The notes beneath the pieces were generated by a model. The model searched no databases. It saw nothing but the letters and a program-made list of their open reading frames with translations, and had not been told where the DNA came from. Shown here in pieces: positions 12,831-27,950 of a stretch of 64,000 bases of DNA (position 1 is the stretch's first letter; each line of letters begins with the position of its first letter). This DNA is from Octopus sinensis. Taxonomy: Eukaryota. The stretch covers positions 58,900,001 to 58,964,000 of the forward strand of contig NC_043012.1 in assembly GCF_006345805.1 (NCBI RefSeq), given 5' to 3'. Position numbers and translations under genes: made by a program.

Positions 12831-13556
12831 TAATAAATTATGCACATGTTCTTCCATATATTATTAATTTCACTGCTCAAACCAGCCTCGGTGCAGCGCG
12901 TTCAAGCGAGAGTTCAATAATATTTTTGTTATATTTTATATAAGAAATCGTTGTTTGTTAGTGTTTTGCTTTCTTGTTGCTTGGAAGCAAGTAAGCACCG
13001 ATCGTATAAATCTATGATCAAAAGCATTCCATTACTGACCACAACCATCATCGCCAAATATTTTAAGTTAATATTTTTTTTTCAAATAGAATGTATCTAT
13101 GGCAACATTATCTAATCTATCATCCCATCTTTTAAAGGGATTGGCTGAAATAACAAACGTATTTCACAGTTATATCTAGCAATTCCAGGAGTCTTTCCAT
13201 TGGTTCTTAATTAGCTTTTGTTTTATGTTTTAGCAAGAAAATTCTCATGCGAATATATCTCTCTTTTTCTCGCTTTACACACACACACAAACGCAAACAC
13301 ACACACACACACACTCACATTTACACACATACACAAACACACACATGCCCTCTATACATACACACATAAATACACACACATGCACAGGTATAACTTTCAC
13401 TTTTTTCTTTCTATATTTTTCTGCACAAACTTCACACACCTGTGTTTCCTTCGCGGTCTTAGTTATAGAAGAACTTTTAAATAAACAACATCTACAATAG
13501 CAATACTAACAATAACAATAATAATAATCATTATTATTGTTATTATTATTATTATT

Positions 13557-13587
<31 letters not shown>

Positions 13588-14664
13588 CTGTTTCAATATC
13601 CATGATTAATAATCATAATGATTTCTTTTTGATTTCAGCTTATATGAAATTTTAATTTTGTATTTCCTACTCGATATCAAAACCATCACCATTATCAATA
13701 ACAACAACAACAAGAAAAAGAAATAGAGAATTTTTTTTTTCACAAATTTATTGATATTTCACAATAAATATTTTGTCATGGAAAATTATATTCTACAAGC
13801 AAGAATCATAATGTTCGTAGTAAATGTTTTCAAACCATCACGAATTCGTGTAAAAGAGAAGATTCGATTTGTAAGAACTCAGTGGGATGTCATTAAATCT
13901 CTGCGATGTTGTACCAGAACCCAACAAAAATGCTTCCTTCAGGCACAGTTTAATCTAGAATGGTAATGAATGAAACACTTCCTAACACCATCTCAACGAC
14001 AATGAATAGAAAGAGATAGAGAAAAACAGAGACAGCGAAAGCGAGATAGAGAGAGAGGAGAGGTAGCGAGAAAGCAGGAAAAATAATAGGGATTCATTAG
14101 GAAGTGAGAGAGAAAAATCAACTTGAATCTAAGTGGCTTTCCTTCAGCTCTGTTGTGATTATTTTCAACACATGTCTATTTATACTCCGTTTAAATCCTA
14201 ATGCAGATTATTTCATTCTAATTTGAGACGATATCCTCACTCTTGAGTTAAACAATGACTGAACTGAATATATTTCTGTAATGGTAGTTAATTTTGTTGT
14301 TCTTGTATACGTTGCACTGGCTGTTGTTGCTTTTATTGTTTTTCATCTCTCGTTGTTGTTGTTGTTGGCCGTTGAGTTATCACCGTTATCCCCGCTTGAA
14401 CATAATTATAAGATCAAGGTTGTCAATTGAACGCTGCTTTCTATCAGGATATCTAACTGTGAATCATATTGTTTACATTTTACTGTAATTCTAGGATTTA
14501 GGACACGTTTAAAAAACCTAAAATTTCAAAACATTGAGTATGTTATTCATACATCCAAATTTTAAAATACGAGGCTGGTTCTCAGATTCAGGATTTAAAA
14601 TTTGAGATATGCTCTTTAATTTTTAAATATAAAACACGAAATATGCCTGCAAATCATATAGGGT

Positions 14665-14878
14665 TTAAATTTTGGCACGAAGCCAGCGTGTTCAGCGTGT
14701 TCAAGGAGTGGGGCTGTCTGTTTCATCGATCCCAGTATTTGACATATTGTATCCATCCCGAAAGGATGAAAGGTAAATTCGAACGTGCTAGCCTTTGAAT
14801 TCAGAACGGGCCGACGGACGAAATGCCTCTAAACATTTTGCCATGCATGTTAACGATTCTGCTAGCTCGACGCCTTAA
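14665..14878 (-). mobile_element. SINE family B, diverged
   Basis: Reverse-complement match to the family B head and central domain. Confidence 0.65.
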
Positions 14879-15849
14879 TATCTGTGAATCAGATTGTTTG
14901 CATTTTACTGTATTTATAAGTTTTAGGGCGCATTTCGTGATGTAGAATTTAAAGATTAGAGTACGTTGTGCTTATAACTAATTCTTAAAATATAAGTAAT
15001 GCGGTTTATTCTCATTTTTATTAATTACGTTTTAAGACATGCTTTTCCTAGTTATAGTATTTAAAACAGAGAAAGGTAACACCTAGATGTAACTGTCATA
15101 AAACCAAGTTCTCATGGGGCTGGTTCTTCGGTTTCCATGGCCTTTACATGACCGAGATCGCAACATCACCTCTTAACCGGACGTCAGTTCGTCGCAGGGT
15201 CACTCTTTTACAGCTGAACGGACTGGAGCAAAGTGAAATGAAGTGTTTTGCCCAAGCACACAACGCATTATACGGTTCTGGAATTGAAACTGCAGTCTTG
15301 TTATGACGATTACGAAGTCCAAGCGACATGGCCAGTCGTCTTTACTAAAGCATGAAAGATTTCGTAGAATTTAGAAGTTAGAACATCAAGCAAGTAGCTC
15401 TAAGATACAGAAGATAAAATATTTGATATGACCCTAAGCTCGAGAGAATAAATTAGGAGATAAGTTATCCCGAAATTTATGTGTAGAATATAGCATGGAA
15501 AATATTATCTTCAAAGTTCTGACCAAAAATACGGAACAAGTTGTTGTGCCTGAGATCTAGAATGGAAACTGAGTCGTCAACGCAGATTTCGGTGAGCCTT
15601 TGATTTGAACAAGTGGCAAACAAAAATGTGACCTCGCTAACTCATCAATTGTCTGTTGTTAGCATTTCGTTTGAATATTGCTTGACATGGTGCCATACCA
15701 TACATAGAGGTACAAAACTTACATTGCCGGGCAAGGGTTTGAGACATGAATGAAAACAAAAAAGGAAATATTTCACAAGATTGAAGCCATTTTCGATAAT
15801 GCTCTTATACATGCATTCATATTTTTAGATTCCATTGAACTTACATATC

Positions 15850-15909
<60 letters not shown>

Positions 15910-15970
15910 AAGAGATAGAGAGAGAGAGATGGAAATATATATAGATAGATGGATAGATAGATAGATAGAT

Positions 15971-16027
<57 letters not shown>

Positions 16028-17454
16028 TATAGATAGATAGATAGATAGATAGATAGAACAACAACTGGGAATAAAGTCACAGAATCTGAGTGAGTGAGTG
16101 AGTGTCAGTCAAAGACAGGAAGAGACGTACGCACACGTCGTCTAAACATACCGAGAGAAAGACAAACAATTGTACACACAAAGTGTCTGCACCGTATTCA
16201 GTCCGTTACGCCCTTCAGCTGCGCTAATTGACTTTGTTATTTACTGGGGGATAAAATCAATATTACTTATACCAGCGTATGTATGTATGTATAGTATGTG
16301 TGTTTTGTATATGTATGTATTTGAAAACGTCTATAAGCGTGTAGCACTAGTCGATATGTCCTGTAACATTTAATTTCATTATTCTTAGTCAGAAGTTAAA
16401 AATCTCACTGCCATCCATTTCTCTGATGCCTTCATTTCTCTGATGCCGTTTTGTTTTTGTTTTTTCTTTCTAGATACGCGTATTATAGTCACATGTCCAA
16501 AGATGTTGGGTGAGCAAATAACCAATTGCACTGATTTGTTACCAAAGTGCAAGGCTTTAACTATGGCGAGTAGTTACATCTGAGTAGACCTATGTTAATA
16601 CTGAAATGATACCTTAAAGATTCTGGAAGGAATGAAATTAAGAGATGTTTTCGATGGGATTCGAAACTCAGAATTTAAAGTAAGTCTTCTCTCAAGTTCA
16701 AGGACTCATGGTTGCTCGTTGCCTGGTTTCCATAAAGTATCTGTGATCGAGATTCCAACATTCCTCCTGAATGGGAATCCCGTCCGAATCAGGGCTATTA
16801 ATTTAAAGCTGAGTGAACTGCAGTAAATTAAAATGAAGTGTTTTGCTCAAGAACACAACGTAACGCCCGGTCTGAGACTGGAAACATCGACCTTGTGATT
16901 GTGATTGCAGCATCCTACCACAAGGTTATGTACCTTTATCTAGAAGTTGAAGAGACATATCTAAATATCGCAAAATATTTCATCTCTATCGTCGTTCATT
17001 TTGACCCTATTATCTTGTCTTATGAGAGCCTTAACGTGGTCGCACGATCTGCTTGAAATAGTAAGAATGCTTCCTCATATCATAAACTACAACTGGATAT
17101 GAATGGATCCCCAGACATGCTCATTGAAAGACGGAAAAGTTATGGTTGGAAATCCTTCAATCAGTTGTCCTCTCAATCAAGCATGAACTGGGGATTAAGC
17201 AGTAACAGCCAAACCAAAAAGCAGTAATATTGTTTTAAATTTTGTCACAAGGCAAGCACTGTGGATAGCGGATAGTTGTTGTAAACGATTGAGGGATAGA
17301 AATAGCAGCCAAATTTCTCTCAAAGGAAACTCCACTGTTTTGGAAACAAGAAAAGATAGTTGTATAAAATGTAATTATTTTAGAATAGTCTATTCCCGAC
17401 GATAAGACTAGAGAGTCACGTCTTGCTTACCTGTTAGGAAAGGTCTGCTCCAGT

Positions 17455-17697
17455 AAAGTTACCTTCTCGAGTCATGCAGACTCATAAGGGTCGGTTTCCA
17501 TTACATATAAATTTCCCCACCTGGGTGGGACCCCGGTTCGTCGCAGGAATACTCATTTCTGCCAGCTGAGTGGACTGGAGCGACGTGAAATGAAGTGTTT
17601 TGCTCAAGAACACAGCGCATTTCGCGATCCAGGATTCGAAACCACAATCTTACGATCATGAGTCCAACACCCCTAACTACTAAACCATGCGCCTCCA
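17455..17697 (-). mobile_element. SINE family D (tRNA head, CORE-like middle, V-domain-like segment)
   Basis: tRNA-like head, then TTGAGCAAAACACTTCATTTCAC, then CCTGCGACGAACCGGGGTCCCACCCAGG. Partial relatives lie at ~10850-10995, 15140-15340, 16810-16900, 27180-27320 and 45530-45620. Confidence 0.75.
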
Positions 17698-17745
17698 TAA
17701 GTCTACTCTATTATCATAAACCTGTAACTAAAGTCAATTCAATAT

Positions 17746-18137
17746 CTTTTTTAGGAAGCACTCCGTCGGTTACGACGACGAGGGTTCCGGTTGATCCGAA
17801 TCAACGGAACAGCCTGCTCGTGAAATTAACGTGTAAGTGGCTGAGCACTCCACAGACACGTGTACCCTTAACGTAGTTCTCGGGGATATTCAGCGTGACA
17901 CAGAGAGTGACAAGGCCGGCCCTTTGAAACACAGGTACAACAGAAACAGGAAGTAAGAGTGAGAGAAAGTTGTGGTGAAAGAGTACAGCAGGGATCACCA
18001 CCATCCCCTGCCGGAGCCTCGTGGAGCTTTAGGTGTTTTCGCTCAATAAACACTCACAACGCCCGGTCTGGGAATCGAAACCGCGATCCTATGACCGCGA
18101 GTCCGCTGTCCTAACCACTGGGCCATTGCGCCTCCAC
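17746..18137 (-). mobile_element. SINE family C, full length, with an 11-bp TSD
   Basis: Pol III A and B boxes are present. CAATTCAATAT is repeated at 17735-17745 and 18138-18148. Confidence 0.9.
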
Positions 18138-19346
18138 CAATTCAATATACCCACTTCCTTAAAGACTATTTAGTCGACTCGTTTAATCATCGAAAGGTTT
18201 GCATACTGCTACTCATTCCAGGTCTCTACGTCTTGAATTAAACTTCAATGAGGTCAGCTTTGCCTTTCATTCTTTCAGAGCTGCAAATGCAAATATAGTA
18301 TCGGTCCTGCCAGGAATCCATTCTTCTCGACATTTCTTTCTTGCTGTCTCTCTTTTTCTCTCTTTTCACTTCGTAGAAGAAAGAAAGACAGACAGAAAGA
18401 AAGAAAGATGAAGAGAAATATGTGTTCAGTCAGGCCTAAAACACACAGCACATGCCGTATGGCACGTTGCGAATGCAAGCACCCCTCCGTCACCTTGAAG
18501 TGTTAAGAGCAAAGCAAAGCAAAGTAAGGGCCATTTCCTTTTTAGAAATAAATCACTATAATTTATTTGATATTCTATTTGTTCTTCCATACGTTTTTCA
18601 GTAGTTGTTTCGTCAGTCGGTGTTTTCATTACTCGCTATAATACAATATAGTTGTGTGAAGCAAGGCTTGAAAATCAGAAAAGAAACGAACAATTTTATA
18701 AACCTTAATGGCACATAAATTACATTACCGAATAATGATTCATTAAGTAGTGTGTTGTGGGTATCTCAGGCATACCACAACAGGTCTCCAAGAGATGCGA
18801 ACCATTGTCACGGACTAAGTCCTAAACATAGCTTAACACCTCCAATATGGCAGTTCTATGAGGCAAAGTAGGAAAACATATTACATAGCGTTTGCAGCTG
18901 ATTGACGAATACACTTGCAATAATTTCTTTAAATATTCCATTAGCAGTTTTGAATCATAACTGGGATGTTGGTTAGCACCGATTCAACGAGGGTCCGTCT
19001 TTTTTTTTATTTTCTTTCTCAATGGTTTCCAGTTGCGGTATCTCTTTCCCTAGGGTATTGCACACATTAGTTGGGAGTGTCATGATGTTTTATATATAAA
19101 TTACACACTTGATAAAAAAAATATTCAGTAATGATGTCGTGAACTTTAAATATAGGTACAAGCGTGGCACGGTTGGAAAATAAACAACAAAAAAACACAA
19201 AAAAAACGTGTGAGTCCGTTACTTTCTACCGTAGTCTCACATTGCTAGAAATAGAAAGAAAGCCTCACACAAATTACTCACCTACTGTCTTAAAAATGAA
19301 AACGCCTTGAAGAATGTAGTCCCTGATATATATAAACATAAATACA

Positions 19347-19401
<55 letters not shown>

Positions 19402-19531
19402 GCATATATACATGCGTATAATTACATACTTATATATGTATATACATATGCATATATGGGTACAGGACGTCATAAATTACCCCTATATGCATATGTATCT
19501 ACATATATATGTATGTACATATATGTATGTA

Positions 19532-19589
<58 letters not shown>

Positions 19590-20459
19590 ATATGTTATTT
19601 ATATTATTATATGATTGAAGGCAATGCTTCCATTTCCAAGTACGTTTATATACACACACACACATACACACACACACACAAACACACAAACATACACACA
19701 CACACGTATGTAATGACGGAGTTCGAGAGTCTTCCGATGAAGATGGACCGGGGGGCTCAGCAGAAACGACAATAACAACAACGACAGCAAAAATCTTTAT
19801 TGAACATACTTAGCGAAAATAAGCATAGGACGACACCACCACTACTAACTGGCAGCAAGGTTTTTGCAAAACCATGTGGTACACATTTACAGCTTCTTAG
19901 GTTTCAGAGGATCGACTTTTAACGTTTTGGCGACGACAGACGCACAATGTAGTAACGATAATAGGATACGAACTGTCATTCGCTAAATGCTCTTCTCTTT
20001 CGTTTCGTACTCTATCCATCTCAGCCACTCAATTACATATCACCTCCCGGCACTCTCCCAATTACACATAACAATATTGCTTAAATGGAAACGTGAAAGA
20101 TGGAGCTAGAAGTACAGCCATATTTATTATCGCCATTGCTTCATTTAATTATATCATTTTATATATTGTCCTTGCTATACATGTCTTATAGTCCTTTCCT
20201 TTTTTTATTGTATTTTATATATTTTTATTATCTTTGTCTTTGTTTCATTATATTTCATTATCGCAGCCATTATCATTAACGACATTGTTTTATGATATTT
20301 TATCTTGTGAGATATTAAGTAATGCTATTGTCGTTGTTTCACATCATTCGACATCAAACTTCGTTTGCCTTTTTTTTTTTTTTCTCCTTCTTTTCTTCGA
20401 TTTCTTTTTATTTCTCTCGTTCCTCGCGTCTTCGCAAAGTCTCACACCGGTAATGAGGC

Positions 20460-20840
20460 CGAAGATGATAACAATGATGATGATGATGATGATGATGATG
20501 ATCTTGCTGCAGTGGCTGCTGATTATGATGATGACGACTACGACGACGACGATGATAATGATGATGATGATGATGATGACGGACGGTGGCGGTGTCGGTG
20601 ATAGTGTTTATGATGGTGCTAGTGATGCTGCTGATGAGGACGATGATGATGATAATGATGATGATCATCATGATGTTGATGATGACGACGACGACGAATT
20701 TGATGACGGCAGCAGCAACGGTGGTGGTAGTGGTGGTAGTAACAATGATGATGGTGATGATGAGGAGGAGGAAGGGGAAAGTGATGATTATGATGATGAT
20801 GATGATGATGATGATGACGACGACGACGATGATGGTGATG
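20460..20840. repeat. (GAT/GAC/GGT)n compound triplet tract
   Basis: Seen directly. It explains the poly-D/poly-M ORFs. Confidence 0.95.
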
Positions 20841-23065
20841 ATAAAGACTTGCAACTAGACTTCAGTCTTCGAGCCATGCAGCCTGAGCCGCCGCAAATGT
20901 TAAAACAAAGATTCCCCTGTAAGAAAACGATATTGATTATAGTGAAAGCTAAAAGAAGATAATTCCACTGATCCATGTGCACTTAGATTGTTAAAAGCGA
21001 ACTTTTTCATTCACTTGCGTGGAAGGTAGTTTATTAGTTACAACCAATTAAGCCGTTATCATTCTGCTTCAGTCTCTGTACGGTTAGTGACTTTATACAG
21101 AAGCATTTGCTGAATGCGACATTATGATAACTCTAGGCAAACCACTCGATTGTAAATCATCCAACTGCATTAAGAACTTTCTATAATTTGCTATTTTTAC
21201 CATAAGGCATTGTTTTAGACGGAGGTGGAATTATCTAAAGAATTTCGAAACTTTACTGTAACATTTCTAGCTGTACCGAACTAAAACAAGTATCATAAAA
21301 ATCACCAAAATATTCTCCAGTATTAAATGATTTCAGAAAATTTAATAAATCTACGATGTAATTACAGTTAAAGCATTCCTTTAATATACCCTCTGGTCTT
21401 TCGTTCTACTGTTCATTATAGTGTTATTTATATTAACTTAGAAGTAGTTAATGCTGCCTTTGTTGGTTTGGCCAGTGTTGTTATATTACTTTATATTATC
21501 AACCCACTCGTATGAAACAGATTTAAAAGCGAACCTTTCGGAATCTTCCATTCTATACTGGGTTGTTTCAACTTGATGTAAACAGATCTTTGTTTTTAGA
21601 AGGGTTTCGAAGTTCCCCTTCAATTGACAAGGGAATTAATAACGTATACGAAGATGTCTTCAATTAGAAACAGAAATCAGCCAAGTAGTGGATTCGGTCT
21701 AAAGGGAATACGCCACGTTTCTGTTATAGTCACGCGTAAAAGAGAATTCTTCAGAAGCATATCATGATTTAAGGCTGTGAAGTGAAAGAAAAGGTAAAGT
21801 TCGTAATCTCAATATCCTAATCTAGATGCCTTCGCTATTTTTCTCTACTTTCTAAGTTCAAATTCCAATTGCATAGGTTTTGTATTGTAATCCTAAATCT
21901 CCGGGATCGATGCTATCCTCGGGCATGTGCACACAGGAATATCGCCCAGGGGCCTCTTAGGTTTAGGGCCCAATTCTATGTTTCATTTGCTTTGCTGTCA
22001 ATAAATAAATAAATAAATACTATAGGTCTCTGCGCATTAACTTCTCCGGAATACAATGCTGCTAAGACAGCGCTGAATACCAGTAATACACTGGTTCCGA
22101 TTCAATCGTCTAAAATGCTCCACCTGTGTAATTCGAGTCAACGAAGGAGTCGGAATGCGTTCGCTCGAATCTGCTAGATATAACAGAACAATATTCCTCG
22201 ATTTATACATTATTGTCTTATAGAAAGGAAAAGCACAACAGATCGTGGTAATATAAAAAGACAAGATGGTCACGGTTGACACGCCTCTGACCATTGTACT
22301 ACTAGATCGGGGTGGAGGTATATCTGTAGCTATGCAATAATAACTGCAACAATATACAATGATGACACCGTTGATGGTGATGACGATGACGTTAACAACC
22401 TGAATAGCAACAATAATAGCAATTTCGATGACGACGATGACAAAGACAACAGCAACAACAACAATAGCAGCGGCATCGACGAAAGCGATGACGATGACAA
22501 CAACAACGGTATCAGGGACGATAACCACCACAATACTGAAAATAACAACAACAACTAAGACAGCAACAGCAACAAAGACGAAACCAGTAAGAGCAAAGAA
22601 AAGAAACAACAACAACAACACAAACATCAACAACAGTGGCAAGAACAACAACAGCAGCAACAACAACAAAAAGCAGCCAATAGTCGTTCTTGAAAGGGGA
22701 GTTGGAAGATATTCTACAACGTCAGACTAAAAGCCTTATTGTTTGCTCTTTTGCATTGAAATTCCAATGAAATCGATTTAAATCCACCATCAGAAAATAT
22801 GCAAGGATTGAAATAAAAAAAAAAGAACAACAGACATAAACATAGAAAGAAGAAGCATAAAGAACATTAATCCATAAATGAGTAATGGAGGGAGTTAGCT
22901 GAAATTGCAAAGAAACGCATTTAATGTTTTACAGTTGTTGGTATTTAGCCCCAGGTCAGCATTGAGTGAGCATAAGTATGATCAAGGACGTTCTGGCTAT
23001 GATCATCTTGTGTTTTTTCATTCAGTCACTTCGTTTAAGACTAATTATTATCCAATCTACGTTAA

Positions 23066-23268
23066 GTAACGAGCTGGCTGAATCATTAAGGAACGTTGGA
23101 TAAAATGCATAAAGCATTTTTTTTTCTGGCTTCTCAATTTCTAATTTCACATTACCTTGCATTTCGTCCTTCAGGTGTCGACAAAAGTCATTGAATACTT
23201 GAGTCGATGTAATCGGCTTGTCCTCTCCACTCAGAAATGCTGGCCTTGTGACAAAATCAGAAAGTATT
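23066..23268 (+). mobile_element. SINE family B, diverged
   Basis: CGAGCTGGCTGAATCATTA...TCCTTCAGGTGTCGACAAAA...TGCTGGCCTTGTG. Confidence 0.6.
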
Positions 23269-24014
23269 ACTATCCAAAATGTGACCCGGATATCTTCCTA
23301 TCTGAGCCTGATTTAGCTGTTATTTCTTGCGAGTTGCTAAACTACATTCGAGGGGTTGCTGAATATTTTCTACCTTTGGACAAAACAAATTACAGGAAGA
23401 TCAGTTAATTATGATTTTATAAAACATATTACTCCCTCAGATTCAAACACTTATTGCAGTGATCTCACAGTCTTTCTAAGCTTTGTAAAAGAGCACGCAA
23501 GTTTGGGCCTTCAACTAGGCCTTTCACGACACCCTTAAATCCAGGAAATTTTCAGTACCCTCTCGTTGATGCTTACCCGATTTTATCGTAACTAAAGCCA
23601 CGTAGGTTCGAGAGTCGTTAGAAAATCAAACACGAAGTTATGTCCCTTTACGTCTTGCAATCAATTCTTTCCGAAATCAAACATGTCTTCATACCGAGTT
23701 CGATAAATTACTGCATCAGTGAAATACTGGGGTTGATTTAATCTGCCATATGCTACGACATTTGTGCTTATATTTGAAATCAGTCAATATCTTTTACATT
23801 TTTCACAGATTGGATTGCGCTCAAGATGGAGCATCGACTTGACGGTTTTAGTAGAAAACAAAATCGAACGTTGTTTTAAAATCCGGTTCGTATTCTATTA
23901 TCTAGTTTATTTTAACGAACCAATGTGTTAGGTTGACATAAGCAGTAACTGTCAAGCGGGCAAGGTGACAAGCAAGAACATATACACACACATATACATA
24001 TACGATTTAGTATG

Positions 24015-24047
<33 letters not shown>

Positions 24048-24084
24048 TCGTGTGTGTTTGTATATATAAATATACACATATATG

Positions 24085-24123
<39 letters not shown>

Positions 24124-24299
24124 GAATAAGGGTAGAAATTGATATTAATCAATTAAAACCAGTGGCCTAGCATATTAAAAAAATCCGAAGATTAAAAATA
24201 TTCTTTACATACAAAATTTAAAGGACTGACTACTAAAAGTGGACAGTCAATATGCTAGATATAGACGTCAAAATCTCTATCCGTGTGTATGCATGTATG

Positions 24300-24503
24300 T
24301 AAGCACATAAATGCGAAACAAAGGTGTAAAAAATAATATTCGAATACCGGAGGTAGAGTAATATGCTTTATTAATATAGCTGCAAAGCATCACAAAGACT
24401 GTTACTCAGAGTTTCACATTCCTGTTCATCGGTCAGTTCTGGTTCCGATGAACGAGGACGTGAAACTCTGAGTAACAGTTTTTATGATATTTTTGAAGTT
24501 ACA
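24300..24503. mobile_element. Second, more diverged copy of the small inverted-repeat element
   Basis: Arms ~24374-24432 and ~24445-24503 around a 12-nt loop. Each arm has CCGATGA-stem-GAAAC-TCTGA-GTA-ACAG in opposite orientation. Confidence 0.7.
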
Positions 24504-24988
24504 TAGTGATTGTTTCTTATTAGGAACAATAGGGTTCATAGGTCTGCTATAGAAGTGCTCAAGTAAATGAGTCGAGTATAACAATCTTTGGTTGTAGAAC
24601 AAACAACAGATTTCAGGACCTTAAATTTGTTGTTTGTTCTACATCCAAAGTTTGTTATATATACACGTAGTATCTGGGGTACTTATATGTACTCATGATT
24701 TTTGCTTCGGCTTTTTTCCATGGGTATTTTATTTATGTAAGTATTTTATTTATATCTTTTCGTATTTTCTATTGAAGAGGAAAACATCTATTATGAGATT
24801 AATTCCGAAATTGATTCAATATAGAAATAACGAACTTTTTAAAAAAAATTCTATTGGATGGCTTTCCTTGATTTCAGCTCCACGTGTTTTCTGTAGCGAG
24901 TAAATAATATGTGGAAATTGACGATTTAAAAGTCTGTTATCAGCATATTGGCATAGAAATAATTTTCTTTAGCCTTATTTATGAGTTG

Positions 24989-25034
<46 letters not shown>

Positions 25035-25427
25035 GTACACAGTCGCTGCCATATGCCCTTGGTGCCGCGTCGTAGTAGTGAAACTGAAACCACGTGGCTG
25101 CAAAGCGGTACCTATTTTGCAGATTTTCTATTTTGTTTCTTGAGTTTTTTTGAGGATATAATTGGTGGGTAGGAGAAGGGGTGCCTTAAGGATGTCTTAC
25201 ATGACCACCCAGAATATTGAGGAGGAAGGTAGGGAGGAAAGAAGTAAAACTAAGACTGGAAACGTAACCCGAACGCTTACAACAGAATGCGTTTCGCTAA
25301 AATGACACAGTGATTCAGTGGAACATACCATACACTACTTCCTTCCGTCTCTCTTCCTCTTTTTCTCTCTTCTCTCACTCTCCTCCTCTCTGTTTCTCTC
25401 TTTATTCCCAGTCTCTCTCCCATTCGA

Positions 25428-25474
<47 letters not shown>

Positions 25475-25846
25475 ATCTATCTATCTATCTATCTTACACT
25501 GGTAGAAATCCGTTGAGCTCAGATCTAGAGACGGATGCTACTGCCAAGCCTAAAAGGCGTCCTTTATTTCACAACGGACCCCTCAAGCTGGGGCTCTTAA
25601 CATAGCAAGTCTTCATAAGATGGATATGATGTACTTGGAGGTGTTCTTTCATAAATAACTAATTCTAACACGGATGCAAATCCAGTTAAATATGTAATAT
25701 GTCGATCAGCAGCATTTAATTGGAATTTATTTTATCGAACACAGAATATAAAAGAAAAAAAAAACATCAACTAAATACCACAAGGTATTTTGTGTGTCAC
25801 TTCGTTCTTTCTGTTATACACCGCCATTTTCTTCGTAAATAATGGT

Positions 25847-26053
25847 TTCAAATTTTGTTACCAAGCCAGCAGTTTCGGAGGAATTGATGAGACGATTACA
25901 TCGATCTAAGTGCTCAATTGGTACTTATTTTATCGATCCTGAAAGAATGAGGGACAATGTCGACCTCGGTGGAATCTGAACCTCGAACGTAAAGACAGAG
26001 GAAATGCCGCTCAGCATTTTGCCCGCCTTACTAAAGATACTGCCAGCCTACCG
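25847..26053 (-). mobile_element. SINE family B
   Basis: Contains GGTACTTATTTTATCGATCCTGAAAGAATGA...GTCGACCTCGGTGGAAT, the reverse complement of the family B domain. Confidence 0.7.
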
Positions 26054-27582
26054 TTTTTTCTTTTTTTGCCTTTCTTGATAAATAATATAACACCCTCCAT
26101 CTTACAACGGGAATATTATAATAGTCTACTCTAGATTATACAAGTAAATAGGGAAATGTTATTTAATAAAGTTAATTGTGCAAAGAATACGATTCTTTTC
26201 CTTCGTTGTACATTGTTATATATTCTGGTTTGGGGAGTAATACAGATATAATAGGTAGATAAGTTCAGCGGAGATGAGAAGGAACTATATCGTTGTACAC
26301 AAATATATTAATGATAACGAATATATGAACTGGATGTGTTCGACGTTGAAAACAATTATATTTGTGAAATAAAAAACAAAAATAGATGTATCATTCGTAA
26401 TGGAGCTGGTCACAGGAACCAAGGATTGTTTTTCTGTTCGGTTCAAATAATATATTTAAAGACCTTCATTATGTATAAACTAGAAGCAGGTTCATGAAGC
26501 TAATTCAAGTGTTGTAAACGTTGTTTTGAAGAAATCGATAAGCATTTTGGAACAGAGTCCACATGTAGTTGTAGATCAAGAGCGTAGATAGCTGTAGATA
26601 ACTAAAGAAATAGTCCGTATGTGAGCGGTTTGTTGAGTCAAACGATTTGGTCTATATACGATCAATCGACCTGCTAAAGACAATAGCAAAATCAGTCTGA
26701 AATCACACGATTTATCGCCTTAAAAGAAGTAAAATTGCAAAGCTTGGATGTTTGACGAAACGTACTGTGTGGTCGCGATATATACACACACCTGGGTTCA
26801 TAACTACAGCGAACAAACTGTGCATTTTGTCCGTGACCAAAACAATTAGTTCCCAAAGCTTATACGTAGCACTGAGGCCGATAAGCATATAGGAGTGCTT
26901 TTTCGTGGTCACTCACCCTGCGAGAAAAAGCAATCAGAAATCTCTCACAAAACTTATATTACCGCCATCAGTAAAGGATAAAGCGCAAAGACCCTTTCGG
27001 TCATGAATGACCATGAGATTACCCCTAGAAACACCCCTTCTGAGGCACAAGTCCGGGCAAAGTGGTTTATGAAAGACCAGCAGTCGCCCATTCATACCAG
27101 CCTCCCCTGTTCACGCCACCGATGTCATGCAAGGAAAAGGCAAATGTCAATAAAGATGGGCACCGATGAAGTCGCAACGCATTTTTACAGCTGAGTAAAC
27201 TGGGGCAACGTGAAATAAAATATCTTGCTCAAGAACACAATACACAGCCCTGCCCGGGAATCGAACTCCCTACCTCTTGGTTTTGAACCCGATGGTCTAA
27301 CCACTGAGCCATGAGCCATAATTAAGGGAAGATTATACTGGAATTTCTAATCCTAGAAAAGGTAGAGACGAGATATCAATGGACAGATTAGATTTGATTA
27401 AAGGTTTGGTCAGTTAATTTAGCCTATGAGGTCTAAACAAAGAAGGCATTGGTCATGTCGTGGCTGGGGTAGGAGACACTTGTCCAAGGGGCGCCGTAAT
27501 AGAAGTTAATACAAAACAGCTGTGTTGTAACATGGTGCAACCACAAAAACATGTCTCGTATTTCATGCACCAGTAAACCGAC

Positions 27583-27950
27583 GCCTGGCAGAAGAGTTAA
27601 CGCGATGGACGACCTACTTAGTGCCACTTTTCTCCGTCTTTACGTTCTGAGTTCAAATTGCATTGGGGGCAAATTTACCTTTCGTATTTTCGGGCTCGAT
27701 TAAAAAATGTAGCACTCGCGTACTAGGGTCGATGCAATCGAATAACCACCCGAATCCCTTCAGACTTTGTGCACATAGCAGAAAAGATTAATTTAAGCAA
27801 ATGCAAGGCGGCGGGAAAGCGGAACTGCTAACATGCAAGGCCAAAAGCTTAGCAGTATTTCGCCCGTCTTTACGTTTTGAGTTCAAATTCCACCGTGATC
27901 AACTTCGTGTTTTATCCTTTTAGGGCCGACGAAATTAATTCCACTGCAGT
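27583..27950 (+). mobile_element. Two tandem diverged family B SINEs
   Basis: TTTACGTT(C/T)TGAGTTCAAATT occurs at ~27640 and ~27870. Confidence 0.6.
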
